Part shown: positions 18,694 through 28,542 of the stretch, piece after piece
Layout: the number at the start of each line of letters is the position of its first letter
How positions within the stretch are numbered: the first letter of the stretch is position 1
IMG/VR virus record: IMGVR_UViG_3300025704_002294
Coordinates: 30,201 to 94,200 of that record
Direction: 5' to 3' (one strand)
Length of the DNA: 64,000 bases
DNA from: a virus
Notes under the pieces: model-generated
What the model was told of the DNA's origin: nothing
What the model saw: the letters and a program-made list of their open reading frames with translations, nothing else
The model's database searches: none
Translations under genes and position numbers: made by a program

Positions 18694-20953
18694 AGAAGAC
18701 CTAAACATTGACAAATTACACAAGGTTGTGATGTATGCAGTAGAAAACCTCACTGGAGTAAGTGCATCACAAGTAGAAATCAACAGCCGGATACAATTCT
18801 ATGACGGCATTAATTCAACTGATATACAAGAAACTTTGATTAAAAGTACAGCAGATCTTATATCAGAAGAAACACCAAACTATCAATATGTTGCTGGTAG
18901 ATTAATCAATTACCATTTGCGTAAGCAAGTATACAACACATTTGAACCACCATGTCTTTGTGATATTGTACAAAAAAATATTGATGCTGGTTTTTATGAT
19001 CCAGAATTTGTAGAACTATACACAAAAGAAGAAATCAATGTATTGCAATCTTATATTAAGCATGACAGAGATGAAGATTTAACCTATGCGGCTATGGAAC
19101 AATTTCGTGGCAAGTACCTAGTACAAAATAGAAGTACAGGTGAGATATACGAAACACCACAAGTAGCATATATGATGATTGCGGCAACATTGTTTAGCAA
19201 GTACCCTGCTAAGAAAAGAATGGCGTATGTGAAAGCATACTACGATGCTATTAGTACATTTAGAATTAGTTTACCTACACCAGTAATGGCAGGTGTGCGT
19301 ACACCACAAAGACAATTTAGCAGTTGCGTACTCATTGAAACTGATGATAGTTTGGATAGCATTAACGCAACGTCTAGTGCTGTAGTTAAGTATGTAAGTC
19401 AAAAGGCAGGCATTGGTATAGGTGCAGGTAGTATTAGAGCAATTGGTTCTAAGATTAGGAGTGGAGACGCAACTCACACAGGAGTTATTCCCTTCTACAA
19501 ACTATTCCAATCAGCAGTTAAGTCTTGCTCACAAGGTGGAGTAAGAGGTGGAGCGGCTACACTATACTATCCTATTTGGCATTTAGAAGTTGAAGACTTG
19601 CTAGTATTAAAGAACAACAAAGGTACAGAAGATAATCGTGTACGTCATATGGACTATGGTGTACAGTTTAACAAATTAATGTACGAAAGACTTATTAGTG
19701 GAGGCAATATCACATTGTTCTCGCCTAAAGATGTTCCTGGTTTATATGATTCATTCTTTACCAACCAAGATAAATTTAAAGAATTATATGAAGCGGCAGA
19801 ACGTAAAACAAGTATTAGGAAAAAGTCTATTCCTGCCATTGAATTGTTTAGTTCGTTTGTTCAAGAACGTAAAGATACAGGAAGAATTTATTTAATGAAT
19901 GTTGACCATGCTAATACCCATGGAGCATTTATAGAAGACTTAGCACCAATTAGACAAAGTAATTTATGTTGTGAAATTAATTTACCGACTAAACCGCTTT
20001 CACATATTAATGATAAGGAAGGTGAAATCAGTTTGTGTACATTAAGTGCAGTAAATTGGGGTGTTATCAAAGACTTTGAGGAAATGAACAAAGTATGTAA
20101 GTTAGCAGTTAGAGGGTTAGATGAGTTATTAGACTATCAACAGTATCCTGTGTTAGCGGCTGAACTCAGCACAATGAATAGACGTCCATTAGGTATTGGT
20201 ATTATTAACTTTGCTTATTGGATGGTTAAACACGACATGACATATCAAGAGCCTAACTTAGAATTAATTGATGAGTGGGCAGAAGCATGGAGTTACAGTT
20301 TAATCAAAGCCAGTAATAAACTAGCAATGGAAAAAGGTGCTTGTCCTAAGTCAATGGAAACAAAATACGGACACGGTATTACTCCTAACCAAACATACAA
20401 AAAAGATTTAGATGAACTAGTTAAACACAAAGAAAGACAGAATTGGAAAGAACTAAGAAAGAATCTAGTAGAACATGGTATAAGAAACAGTACGTTAATG
20501 GCACTTATGCCTGCTGAAACATCCGCACAGATTAGTAATAGCACAAATGGTATTGAACCACCACGTGGATATATCAGTATTAAGCAAAGTAAACACGGCG
20601 TATTAAAACAAGTAGTACCAGGCTTTCCTTACTACAAAAACAAATACGACTTGTTATGGGACCAAAAGTCTCCGCAAGGCTATTTAAAAATAATGGCGGT
20701 GTTACAAAAGTACATAGACCAAGGTATTTCGGTAAATACATCGTATAATCCAGAACACTATGAAGACGAAAAAGTACCAATGAGCGTACTGATTCAGGAC
20801 CTCCTAATGTTTTATAAGTATGGCGGCAAACAGTTATACTACAATAACACATACGATGGCCAAGGTGAAATTGATATTAACAAAGATGACAAATTAGAAG
20901 ATTTGCCAATGGGGGAAATCGATGACGAAGACTGCGAATCGTGTAAAATTTAA
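18665..20953 (+). CDS. nrdA: class Ia ribonucleotide reductase alpha subunit
   Basis: ATP cone VTKRDG, SLPTPVMAG, QFSSCVL, SNLCCEI, LMPAETS, C-terminal CESC. Confidence 0.97.
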   Translation: MKVTKRDGTKEDLNIDKLHKVVMYAVENLTGVSASQVEINSRIQFYDGINSTDIQETLIKSTADLISEETPNYQYVAGRLINYHLRKQVYNTFEPPCLCDIVQKNIDAGFYDPEFVELYTKEEINVLQSYIKHDRDEDLTYAAMEQFRGKYLVQNRSTGEIYETPQVAYMMIAATLFSKYPAKKRMAYVKAYYDAISTFRISLPTPVMAGVRTPQRQFSSCVLIETDDSLDSINATSSAVVKYVSQKAGIGIGAGSIRAIGSKIRSGDATHTGVIPFYKLFQSAVKSCSQGGVRGGAATLYYPIWHLEVEDLLVLKNNKGTEDNRVRHMDYGVQFNKLMYERLISGGNITLFSPKDVPGLYDSFFTNQDKFKELYEAAERKTSIRKKSIPAIELFSSFVQERKDTGRIYLMNVDHANTHGAFIEDLAPIRQSNLCCEINLPTKPLSHINDKEGEISLCTLSAVNWGVIKDFEEMNKVCKLAVRGLDELLDYQQYPVLAAELSTMNRRPLGIGIINFAYWMVKHDMTYQEPNLELIDEWAEAWSYSLIKASNKLAMEKGACPKSMETKYGHGITPNQTYKKDLDELVKHKERQNWKELRKNLVEHGIRNSTLMALMPAETSAQISNSTNGIEPPRGYISIKQSKHGVLKQVVPGFPYYKNKYDLLWDQKSPQGYLKIMAVLQKYIDQGISVNTSYNPEHYEDEKVPMSVLIQDLLMFYKYGGKQLYYNNTYDGQGEIDINKDDKLEDLPMGEIDDEDCESCKI

Positions 20954-22041
20954 TGAGCGTACTTAATACTAAATCAAAATATACTGACAAAAGTAAAATG
21001 TTTTTATCAGAAGACATGGGCATTCAGCGATTTGATGTTTTAAAATATAGACAGTTTGATAAACTCACAGAAAAACAGTTAGGGTTCTTTTGGCGTCCAG
21101 AAGAAGTTGACATTACCAAAGACAGCAAGGATTTTAAAGACTTAACAGACTTTGAACAACACATCTTTACTAGTAATTTAAAAAGACAAATACTGTTAGA
21201 TAGTGTACAAGGACGATCACCTAACTTGGCGTTACTGCCAATTGTCAGTCTACCAGAATTAGAAACTTGGATTGAAACTTGGGCATTCAGTGAAACAATC
21301 CACAGTAAAAGTTATACACATATTATTAGAAATGTGTACCCAGATCCTAGTAAAGTGTTTGATGAGATGATGAGCATTAAAGAAATCATTGATTGTTCAG
21401 ACAGTATAACACAATACTACGATTCATTAATTGAGTATAACAGACTTAGAGAAAACGGCAGTTCTAAATACAGCGAGTATGAACACAAGAGACGTATTTG
21501 GATGTGTTTAATGAGTGTAAACATTTTAGAAGGTGTACGTTTTTATGTATCTTTTGCTTGTAGTTGGGCATTTGCTGAACTTAAGAAAATGGAAGGTAAT
21601 GCTAAGATTATAAAACTTATTGCTAGAGATGAAAATGTTCACCTGGCAAGTACACAACAAATGCTAAAACTTTTACCGCGTGAAGATAAGGACTTTGAAA
21701 AAATATCCAAAGAAACCTATGATGACTGTACACAATTATTTTTAGATGCAGTTGAGCAAGAAAAGAAATGGGCGGACTATTTGTTTAAAGATGGTAGTAT
21801 TATTGGATTAAATGCAGAACTATTAAAACAATATGTAGAATACATTGCAGGTAAAAGAATGCATGCCGTAGGGCAAGAAAAAATTTTTAACACTGGAACT
21901 AATCCGTTACCTTGGACACAAGCATGGATTACAGGTGGCGAAGTTCAAGTAGCACCACAAGAAACTGAAATAAGTAGTTATGTAATTGGTGGTACAAAAC
22001 AAGATGTCGACAAAGAATCCTTTAGCGGCTTTTCATTATAA
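20953..22041 (+). CDS. nrdB: class Ia ribonucleotide reductase beta subunit
   Basis: FFWRPEEV, ETIHSKSY, EGVRFYVSF, RDENVH, VAPQETEISSY. Confidence 0.97.
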   Translation: MSVLNTKSKYTDKSKMFLSEDMGIQRFDVLKYRQFDKLTEKQLGFFWRPEEVDITKDSKDFKDLTDFEQHIFTSNLKRQILLDSVQGRSPNLALLPIVSLPELETWIETWAFSETIHSKSYTHIIRNVYPDPSKVFDEMMSIKEIIDCSDSITQYYDSLIEYNRLRENGSSKYSEYEHKRRIWMCLMSVNILEGVRFYVSFACSWAFAELKKMEGNAKIIKLIARDENVHLASTQQMLKLLPREDKDFEKISKETYDDCTQLFLDAVEQEKKWADYLFKDGSIIGLNAELLKQYVEYIAGKRMHAVGQEKIFNTGTNPLPWTQAWITGGEVQVAPQETEISSYVIGGTKQDVDKESFSGFSL

Positions 22042-22068
22042 TATAAATATTCACACACAGAGGAACAC

Positions 22069-22365
22069 ATGTTAGTAAATAAATCTCATACAAAAGGTGA
22101 CGTTGTCACAATCAAATTAACCAGCGATACAGAAATCATTACACGTTTTATCAGGCAAGATGAAAATGGTATCACAATAGAAAAGCCTATGGCAGTACAA
22201 ATTACTCAACAAGGATTAGGATTAATGCCGTGGTTGTTTAGTGCTGATGCTTCTAAAGAAATTACTATTTCAAATGAAAAAGTGTTTTGCACTATGGATA
22301 CACTAAAGGATCTTGCTGATCAGTATCTTGAAGGCACTACTGGAATAAGTTTAGCAAAGGCTTAA
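22069..22365 (+). CDS. small Sm-like-fold hypothetical protein
   Basis: GDVVTIKL..DTEII...GLGLMPW; TATAAATA 22042-49 and SD GAGGA. Confidence 0.55.
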   Translation: MLVNKSHTKGDVVTIKLTSDTEIITRFIRQDENGITIEKPMAVQITQQGLGLMPWLFSADASKEITISNEKVFCTMDTLKDLADQYLEGTTGISLAKA

Positions 22366-22943
22366 ATAGTAGACAAATCCAAACGGTGTTCAGCAATCAA
22401 AGATTGTTTTTCATCTTCACTTAGTTCTGTTCTACCGGGATTGTTTGGAAATACACAACAAGGTTGCACATTGTAAAAACTGTTATTTTCTTCGCACCAT
22501 TCTCTTCTATAGAACTTGTCAGTACCGTATTTGTCCCATTCGATATGAAGTTTTTTAGCAGGGTCTTGTATTACTGTTATCATATCTTTACCAACTTGCA
22601 CATTAGTATCTCTCTGTAAGCGATCTAAATATCTACCTTCAAATAAACCATAGGCAGGAAATGCCTCAGTATATTCAGGGTGGTCATTATGCCATTGTTC
22701 CATTTCCTGTGGACCAGCCGTTAAAGGCTGATATACACTGAATCTATCTGAATAATTATCACTAATCCATTTCTTTTCATTTTCCCATGGGTCTCCTACA
22801 TCATATTTGCCCATATTAGCAACTTCGTTGCCGTCGGTAATCTTAAGTATGTTGTCGCCGCCGTTATATGACTTGTACATAATATTGTCTATTTTGCAAT
22901 AAACAAAACCTTCTGCTTGATTGTGGGTCCATTCTAGTTTCAT
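22362..22943 (-). CDS. hypothetical protein (start corrected to MKLEWTHN)
   Basis: AATAAATA-CATGT-ATG on minus strand; longer track ORF is antisense to the PAAR gene. Confidence 0.65.
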   Translation of the reverse strand: MKLEWTHNQAEGFVYCKIDNIMYKSYNGGDNILKITDGNEVANMGKYDVGDPWENEKKWISDNYSDRFSVYQPLTAGPQEMEQWHNDHPEYTEAFPAYGLFEGRYLDRLQRDTNVQVGKDMITVIQDPAKKLHIEWDKYGTDKFYRREWCEENNSFYNVQPCCVFPNNPGRTELSEDEKQSLIAEHRLDLSTI

Positions 22944-22974
22944 ACATGTATTTATTATGATAAATAATATTACT

Positions 22975-23238
22975 ATGTCAAAAGCCGCACTTAATGGAAT
23001 ATCAGTTGCAGGAGGTCCTGCAGTTGCATCAGCAACAAAAACAACTATTGAATCTTTACAGCCTGTAAGAATAGACGATTCAGTTACAGGGCACGGTGAT
23101 TCACCGCATGGCAATCCCACAGTTGCAGAAGCCTCATCTAAAGTTAGAATTGAAGGTAAATTTGCTTCAAGAGTAGGAGATGCCGCTTCATGTGGCCATG
23201 CATTAGAAAGTGGTGCTAGTAGAACAAACATTGGATAA
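22975..23238 (+). CDS. PAAR-repeat baseplate spike tip protein (T4 gp5.4-like)
   Basis: PVRIDD..GHGDSPH...ASRVGDAASCGH; GATAAATA 22959-66. Confidence 0.85.
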   Translation: MSKAALNGISVAGGPAVASATKTTIESLQPVRIDDSVTGHGDSPHGNPTVAEASSKVRIEGKFASRVGDAASCGHALESGASRTNIG

Positions 23239-24271
23239 ACTATTTAATAACAAATGTGAACTAGACGAACGCAAATATTTCAAAGTTTTGCGTGACGACA
23301 TAGATAAGACCGAACTTAGAGAATACAAAAAAGACATTCTATATCTTGGTGGCGAAATTGAGCGACAAAAAGCATTAACTACTCGTGCAAATACAAACAA
23401 AACTTTATCGGAGTTTGACGACAGTTACGAGTACATTGTCTCCACTGTAAAAAAAGATCTTAATTATAAAAACTTTGATGACCTATTCGAAAAGGTATAT
23501 AGAGAAAAGTTAGAGTCAATACCTCATAATGTTTTCATAAGTGGTGGTATTGATAGCACCACATTATATAACGTGCTTAAACGCAAGGACATTGCGTTTA
23601 AACCGTATTGTATACGATACAAATCGCAGGGCACAGTATTCAACGATTATGAAATAAAAAATATTGCTGACGATGTTGTAACAATAGATTTTGATATTTT
23701 AAAGTTTTTTGATAGTGGCGATTTTTTAGAAACAGCACAAAAATATCATTGCGTTACTCCACAGTTTTTACCATTATTAAAAGCATTTGAATCAATAGAC
23801 GGGCCTATAATAGAAACATCAAGTGCACCAAATGGCAGTATAAATAACAATGTATCAGTTGATAGATTAAGTACAAAGTACTTGTCTTATAGATATGCTC
23901 TAGATTTAAGAAACGACAATAGTATATTTAATTTTTATAGAAGTCATCATTTTATAGATCAATTATCTACAAATGTGTATAAAAAGTTAAATAGCAAATA
24001 TAAAAGAGATGTATCGCGAGGAGCAGGCGTAGATGCATGGGATCAGGAATACAACATCAAAATACAATTATATAAAAATATTTTTGATACAGTTGGCCAT
24101 AAGGCTGTCAAATTCACTGGTTTTGAGGCACTGAAAACTTGGTATGCAGATAAATATATAGGTAACGATCCTTATCTGCAAGTGTTCGATAAACATTTTA
24201 GACAACCATTGCTAAAACGCAACATTGACAAGTTTAAGGATTTATTAATTATAAACATATTAAAGGGATAA
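23210..24271 (+). CDS. PP-loop / asparagine-synthase-like adenine nucleotide alpha-hydrolase
   Basis: VFISGGIDS motif; start may be TTG 23231. Confidence 0.6.
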   Translation: MVLVEQTLDKLFNNKCELDERKYFKVLRDDIDKTELREYKKDILYLGGEIERQKALTTRANTNKTLSEFDDSYEYIVSTVKKDLNYKNFDDLFEKVYREKLESIPHNVFISGGIDSTTLYNVLKRKDIAFKPYCIRYKSQGTVFNDYEIKNIADDVVTIDFDILKFFDSGDFLETAQKYHCVTPQFLPLLKAFESIDGPIIETSSAPNGSINNNVSVDRLSTKYLSYRYALDLRNDNSIFNFYRSHHFIDQLSTNVYKKLNSKYKRDVSRGAGVDAWDQEYNIKIQLYKNIFDTVGHKAVKFTGFEALKTWYADKYIGNDPYLQVFDKHFRQPLLKRNIDKFKDLLIINILKG

Positions 24272-24275
24272 TAAA

Positions 24276-25979
24276 ATGGCTGTTAAATCATATATCGTAT
24301 CGTTTGAACACGAACACATAGATGGTGATTCTGTTACTTTTAACCAGTCTGGGACAGAATCTGCACTAACGGGTGCAGGTGCAACAATAGATAGTAGTTT
24401 TGATCATGCTAAGTCTGGTATGTACAAGATAGATATTGACGAGACTAACATAAGTAGCATTTCATCACTTTCAGGTTACGTTGCATCAGAAAATGTAACA
24501 GACCAAGCAGATGCCACACTATTAATAAGTGAAGCAACAAGCGAATGGCACAAACAAAGAATAGTAACTAGAAACTTACCACTAAGGACAACATTTGATC
24601 CTGTATATACAGGCTCTGGCTCAATGGTGTATTTAATGGACAGTGGTGTTGACCAAGGTCACCCAGAGTTCTCAGGAAAAAGTTTTGAACCTATATATTC
24701 AGTATTAGAATCACCCGGTGGATTTGCTGAATTTATAGAAGACGGCAACGCCGGTACAGATTTTGATACATCAGACAAACACGGTCATGGAACAGCAATG
24801 GCTAGTTTAATCAATGGTGCTACATACGGTGTAGCCGGAGATGCCACAATAGGAATTGTAAAAATTTCCGATCCCTCAGTAGATGGCGGTGCTATCAAAT
24901 TAGAAAATGTACTAAATGCATTCAAGGCAATGAGATTAGCAGACATTAATTTCCTTGATTCCAGTCTTGAATCCTCTTATACTAATACACCAACTGTATG
25001 CATGGCTTGGAGTTTTCCAAAATCACAAGTACTAGACAGATATGTTTCCTTAATGCAAAATCGCGAAGGCTTCTTAATGGTTGCCGCGGCAGGTAATAAT
25101 GGTGCTGATGTTGATAATTATTCACCAAGCGGTATCAATGAAATTTTAACAGTAGGCGCAAGTGACAGTTCAGATAACGTACCTTCATTCTCAAATGATG
25201 CAGGTGCTATCGTAGAACAAGGTACTGGACTACAAACAAACGGTGGTGAAGAAGTTGATGTATTTGCTCCAGGTGTTGCAGTAAACTATGCAGACATCAG
25301 CAATAGATTAAATGACAGCAATTATACAGGCGTTACAGGCGATGACTTAAAAACTACAGGTAGTGGAACAAGTATATCTTGTGCCATAGTTGCAGGTATG
25401 GGTGCTATGTCTTCACAAAGATTTGGAAGTGCTAGGGCAACAGCAAATGCACTCAAAGAACTAATTATCGAGCAATCATTAACTGGACTACTTTTCCAAG
25501 ATCCAGCATTATACAGTAGTACACCAAATAACATCGTGTTTGCAGAAAACGAATATTATGCAACTGTTTGGAATACAGCCGCTGGTAATTTAGGTGACTT
25601 CCTATTAACAGGAGCAGGCGATATTAATATTAGTTTAGATGTAGCAAATACTGTAACAGATATTTCTGGTTCAGAGTTTGCCGCTATGCCTCCAGCATTA
25701 ACTTTAAGTGGTAATGCATCAGCAGGTTGGAATATTACAGCAGATACTAGTGTAACAGGTACTATGAGCAACACAACCATTTATAACTTTATCCTTACAG
25801 CAACCAAAAACGATAATACCAAATACAACAGACATTTTTCAGTAAGTTTGTTTGGTGGTAGTGAAATTACAGAAGATGAAAGAACTGCAGGTAATGAAAC
25901 ATACTTTGTAAACGATGGCGGCACATTAAGTGAAGTTGTTTATGGTTCAGGTCAATATGCAGGTAGACAGTTAAAATAA
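24276..25979 (+). CDS. subtilisin-family (S8) serine protease
   Basis: YLMDSGV (Asp), HGHGTAMASLI (His), AAAGNNG (oxyanion Asn), VFAPG, SGTSIS (Ser); possible prodomain and C-terminal beta domain. Confidence 0.9.
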   Translation: MAVKSYIVSFEHEHIDGDSVTFNQSGTESALTGAGATIDSSFDHAKSGMYKIDIDETNISSISSLSGYVASENVTDQADATLLISEATSEWHKQRIVTRNLPLRTTFDPVYTGSGSMVYLMDSGVDQGHPEFSGKSFEPIYSVLESPGGFAEFIEDGNAGTDFDTSDKHGHGTAMASLINGATYGVAGDATIGIVKISDPSVDGGAIKLENVLNAFKAMRLADINFLDSSLESSYTNTPTVCMAWSFPKSQVLDRYVSLMQNREGFLMVAAAGNNGADVDNYSPSGINEILTVGASDSSDNVPSFSNDAGAIVEQGTGLQTNGGEEVDVFAPGVAVNYADISNRLNDSNYTGVTGDDLKTTGSGTSISCAIVAGMGAMSSQRFGSARATANALKELIIEQSLTGLLFQDPALYSSTPNNIVFAENEYYATVWNTAAGNLGDFLLTGAGDINISLDVANTVTDISGSEFAAMPPALTLSGNASAGWNITADTSVTGTMSNTTIYNFILTATKNDNTKYNRHFSVSLFGGSEITEDERTAGNETYFVNDGGTLSEVVYGSGQYAGRQLK

Positions 25980-25993
25980 AATTAATTTATAAT

Positions 25994-26024
25994 AAAAAGT
26001 AGGCTGGGAACAGCCTATTTTTTT
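25994..26024 (+). terminator. intrinsic terminator
   Basis: GTAGGCTG-GGAA-CAGCCTATTTTTTT. Confidence 0.85.
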
Positions 26025-26047
26025 GACTGTACAAAATAAATACTACT

Positions 26048-26524
26048 GTGGAAACAACCAATATATCATTTGAAACTATTTGTCACGTATGGCAGAAACA
26101 TTTATGGCAAAATAGAGTAAGTCCAATTGAAACCCATAGTGCTATGACTTGGCCATATGATGGAAATCCACTAGAATTTGACATGGATATTTTTGACTAT
26201 GAGCCTTCATTTTTTGGTGTAATTACAAATGGTAGAGTTGTTGGTGTAAACAGCGGCCACAGAACAAAAGACAATATTTATAGAAGCAGGGGAATTTGGG
26301 TTGACCATGATGTTAGAAAAAAAGGTGTTGCTCAATTACTATTTAATGCTACAGAAAAACAAGCAATCAAAGAAGGTTGTAATATGATATGGAGCATACC
26401 TCGTAAAAGTGCCTTACCGGCATATACTAAATTTGGCTTTGAAACTATAGGTAACTTTTTTGATGAAGGCATGGAGTTTGGGCCTAACATTTATGTGACT
26501 AAGGTGTTAAATGTATCCAACTAA
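26048..26524 (+). CDS. GNAT acetyltransferase
   Basis: GIWVDHDVRKKGVA motif A, AYTKFGF; AATAAATA + 5 nt + GTG. Confidence 0.85.
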   Translation: METTNISFETICHVWQKHLWQNRVSPIETHSAMTWPYDGNPLEFDMDIFDYEPSFFGVITNGRVVGVNSGHRTKDNIYRSRGIWVDHDVRKKGVAQLLFNATEKQAIKEGCNMIWSIPRKSALPAYTKFGFETIGNFFDEGMEFGPNIYVTKVLNVSN

Positions 26525-27530
26525 AGTACACGGACCACGTCCGGAGCACCTGCCTAAAGACATTACTATACAATGGAGCATGGGAAACAGTTGTAACTTT
26601 GAATGTGAATACTGCCCTACCCAATTACACGATGGCAGTTTAGGTTGGCACGACACAAACAAGTATATTGATATAATAGAAAAAATATGTAAACACTATC
26701 AAGAACAAGACAAAGTAGTAAACTTTGAATTTATTGGCGGTGAAGTCACAGTTATACCTGGCTTTATTGATATACTAGAAAAAGTAAAAGAGTACAACGG
26801 ACACAATATAATTTTTACAAATGGTAGCAGAACAGTTAATTGGTGGAGCAAAGCAAAGCATTTAATTGATGACTTAGTTATCAGTTACCACCCACAATCA
26901 ATGGATGAAGACTCGCTTATAGAAATTGCAGAAGAAATAAAAGACTCAGTATATACAAGTTATCAATTAGCAGGTGTAAAAGATTACTTACCTAGATTAG
27001 AACTGTTAGCAGAGAGGCTTAGAACAGTATATAAGCATAGTACAGTACAAGACTACTGGGGTGTTAATATTGCAATAAAAACCATGTACAAAAAACTATT
27101 AGGTCCAGGTGCTAAACAAGATACATTTTATGACTATAGTGGCAATGATTGGCGTATTTTAAATTTACCTACATGGAAAGAAAATCCAGACACGCCCCCA
27201 CCACCACCAGATCCAAATGCACCGCCTCCACCAGAGCCGCACCCAGGTAGATTTTTATTTACATACCAGACACCTGAAGAAACAAACTACTACAATGCAG
27301 ATCAAATTATGGATCAAGGACTAAACAAATTTCAGGGAATGATGTGCCACATAGGTGAGCGAGGTTTTAATATCGACATGCGTGGCAACATTGTTAGCAG
27401 TTGGTGTGGTGCAAAAACTTACGGAAATGTATTTGAAAAAGATTTTGAATTACCTACACCTGATGGTGTAGTGTGTCCACATGAACATTGTAATAATCCA
27501 AAAGATATCCAGATTCTCAAAACTGCCTAA
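26511..27530 (+). CDS. radical SAM enzyme with C-terminal Cys cluster (twitch/SPASM-like)
   Basis: CNFECEYC, FIGGEVT, FTNGS; C..G...WC...CPHEHC; internal poly-Pro. Confidence 0.85.
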   Translation: MYPTKVHGPRPEHLPKDITIQWSMGNSCNFECEYCPTQLHDGSLGWHDTNKYIDIIEKICKHYQEQDKVVNFEFIGGEVTVIPGFIDILEKVKEYNGHNIIFTNGSRTVNWWSKAKHLIDDLVISYHPQSMDEDSLIEIAEEIKDSVYTSYQLAGVKDYLPRLELLAERLRTVYKHSTVQDYWGVNIAIKTMYKKLLGPGAKQDTFYDYSGNDWRILNLPTWKENPDTPPPPPDPNAPPPPEPHPGRFLFTYQTPEETNYYNADQIMDQGLNKFQGMMCHIGERGFNIDMRGNIVSSWCGAKTYGNVFEKDFELPTPDGVVCPHEHCNNPKDIQILKTA

Positions 27531-27555
27531 AACCCCTATAAAATCAATAACATAA

Positions 27556-27563
27556 TATAAATA
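27556..27563 (+). promoter_or_regulatory. late promoter TATAAATA
   Basis: Exact T4 late consensus upstream of small-ORF cassette. Confidence 0.65.
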
Positions 27564-27686
27564 GACTGTATAAAAGGATATAACTTACTTTTATATTATT
27601 TTTGCCCACATTCAAGATAAAAATTAATAACATGCTAGGTTGTGTGTTGTGTTATTCTATTTTTGGGCATATACAACAGACAACAA

Positions 27687-27773
27687 ATGGAAAAACTTAG
27701 AGACAAAGCAGAGTTATTTACACTAATATCAATATTTTTATTCAGTGTTATCGCACTAACACCTGTAACATGA
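27687..27773 (+). CDS. 28-aa single-TM peptide
   Basis: MEKLRDKAELFTLISIFLFSVIALTPVT; ATGA-coupled to next ORF. Confidence 0.5.
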   Translation: MEKLRDKAELFTLISIFLFSVIALTPVT

Positions 27774-27898
27774 AATATGCTTTATGTTACATGATGCTAC
27801 TATTTGCCGCACAGACTGATAACATAGCAGGCATTTTACGTGGCTTACGAGATGTAAATCATACACCTTATTATTTGGAACCTAAAAATGAACATTAA
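27770..27898 (+). CDS. 42-aa peptide
   Basis: MKYALCYMMLLFAAQTDNIAGILRGLRDVNHTPYYLEPKNEH; coupled overlap. Confidence 0.45.
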   Translation: MKYALCYMMLLFAAQTDNIAGILRGLRDVNHTPYYLEPKNEH

Positions 27899-27956
27899 TC
27901 GACTTTTAAAAACAATTTACAAATACTGGATAGCACCATGGCACCCGATCAAGTAA
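27888..27956 (+). CDS. 22-aa peptide
   Basis: MNINRLLKTIYKYWIAPWHPIK; overlaps both neighbours. Confidence 0.3.
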   Translation: MNINRLLKTIYKYWIAPWHPIK

Positions 27957-28120
27957 GAGACGCAACACCTGAAGAACAAGCAGAGTGGTTTGAAACAGAC
28001 TTCTTTATGAAAGGTGACTTTGATGTACTACAAATGTTTGTGGTTATACCAGCAGTAATCCAAGTAGTAGTATTTGGCTTAATGTTAGCAGTAATGTATT
28101 TAAATACATTCTTCTTTTGA
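27938..28120 (+). CDS. 60-aa membrane protein
   Basis: C-terminal hydrophobic helix. Confidence 0.6.
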   Translation: MAPDQVRDATPEEQAEWFETDFFMKGDFDVLQMFVVIPAVIQVVVFGLMLAVMYLNTFFF

Positions 28121-28278
28121 TCAAAGAAGCAATACAGGCCGTTGTTGGTGTAGGCAAAGACAACAGCCAAATAAAAATCACACCCTTGCGAGTTCTTCTA
28201 TTTGCATTTTTAGTAGCAGGAATATTTTTAGGCACAATTACATTGTTGCTTTTGTTTGCTTCTTTTGTAACAAATTAA
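28117..28278 (+). CDS. 53-aa membrane protein (DUF2970-like pattern)
   Basis: TTG start in TTGA overlap; MIKEAIQAVVGVGK...PLRVLLFAFLVAGIFLGTITLLLLFASFV. Confidence 0.55.
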   Translation: MIKEAIQAVVGVGKDNSQIKITPLRVLLFAFLVAGIFLGTITLLLLFASFVTN

Positions 28279-28346
28279 GGATTTAATAAACCAATTTATC
28301 TGGCAAATAAGGTAAATACATGTAACAATTTATTAAAGTAAAAAAT

Positions 28347-28508
28347 ATGTCAAATAAAACACCATATGAAATCCGTCTAGAACTTATCCAAGAGGCTAGG
28401 CTTATTCTTCAAGCAAAAGCAAACAAGCCTGAGTACATGCCAACGGCAGAAGAAGTTATTGAAGAAGCAGAAAAACTTAATAAGTTTGTATCCAAAAGAC
28501 CCGAATAA
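28347..28508 (+). CDS. 53-aa phage protein
   Basis: MSNKTPYEIRLELIQEAR...PTAEEVIEEAEKLNKFVS; GGTAAATA at 28311-18. Confidence 0.7.
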   Translation: MSNKTPYEIRLELIQEARLILQAKANKPEYMPTAEEVIEEAEKLNKFVSKRPE

Positions 28509-28542
28509 TCACTCTCCTATCAAGTAAATAATATCTAGTAAC

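Noticed and set aside
18665-22041. Introns or inteins in nrdA/nrdB
   Set aside because: Both ORFs are continuous and of normal length (762 and 362 aa)
22944-23231. N-terminal 96 aa of track ORF 22362..23231(-)
   Set aside because: Antisense shadow of the PAAR gene; the late-box-plus-5-nt start at 22943 fits better
27190-27245. C-rich tract as a DNA repeat element
   Set aside because: Simply encodes a poly-Pro linker in the radical SAM protein
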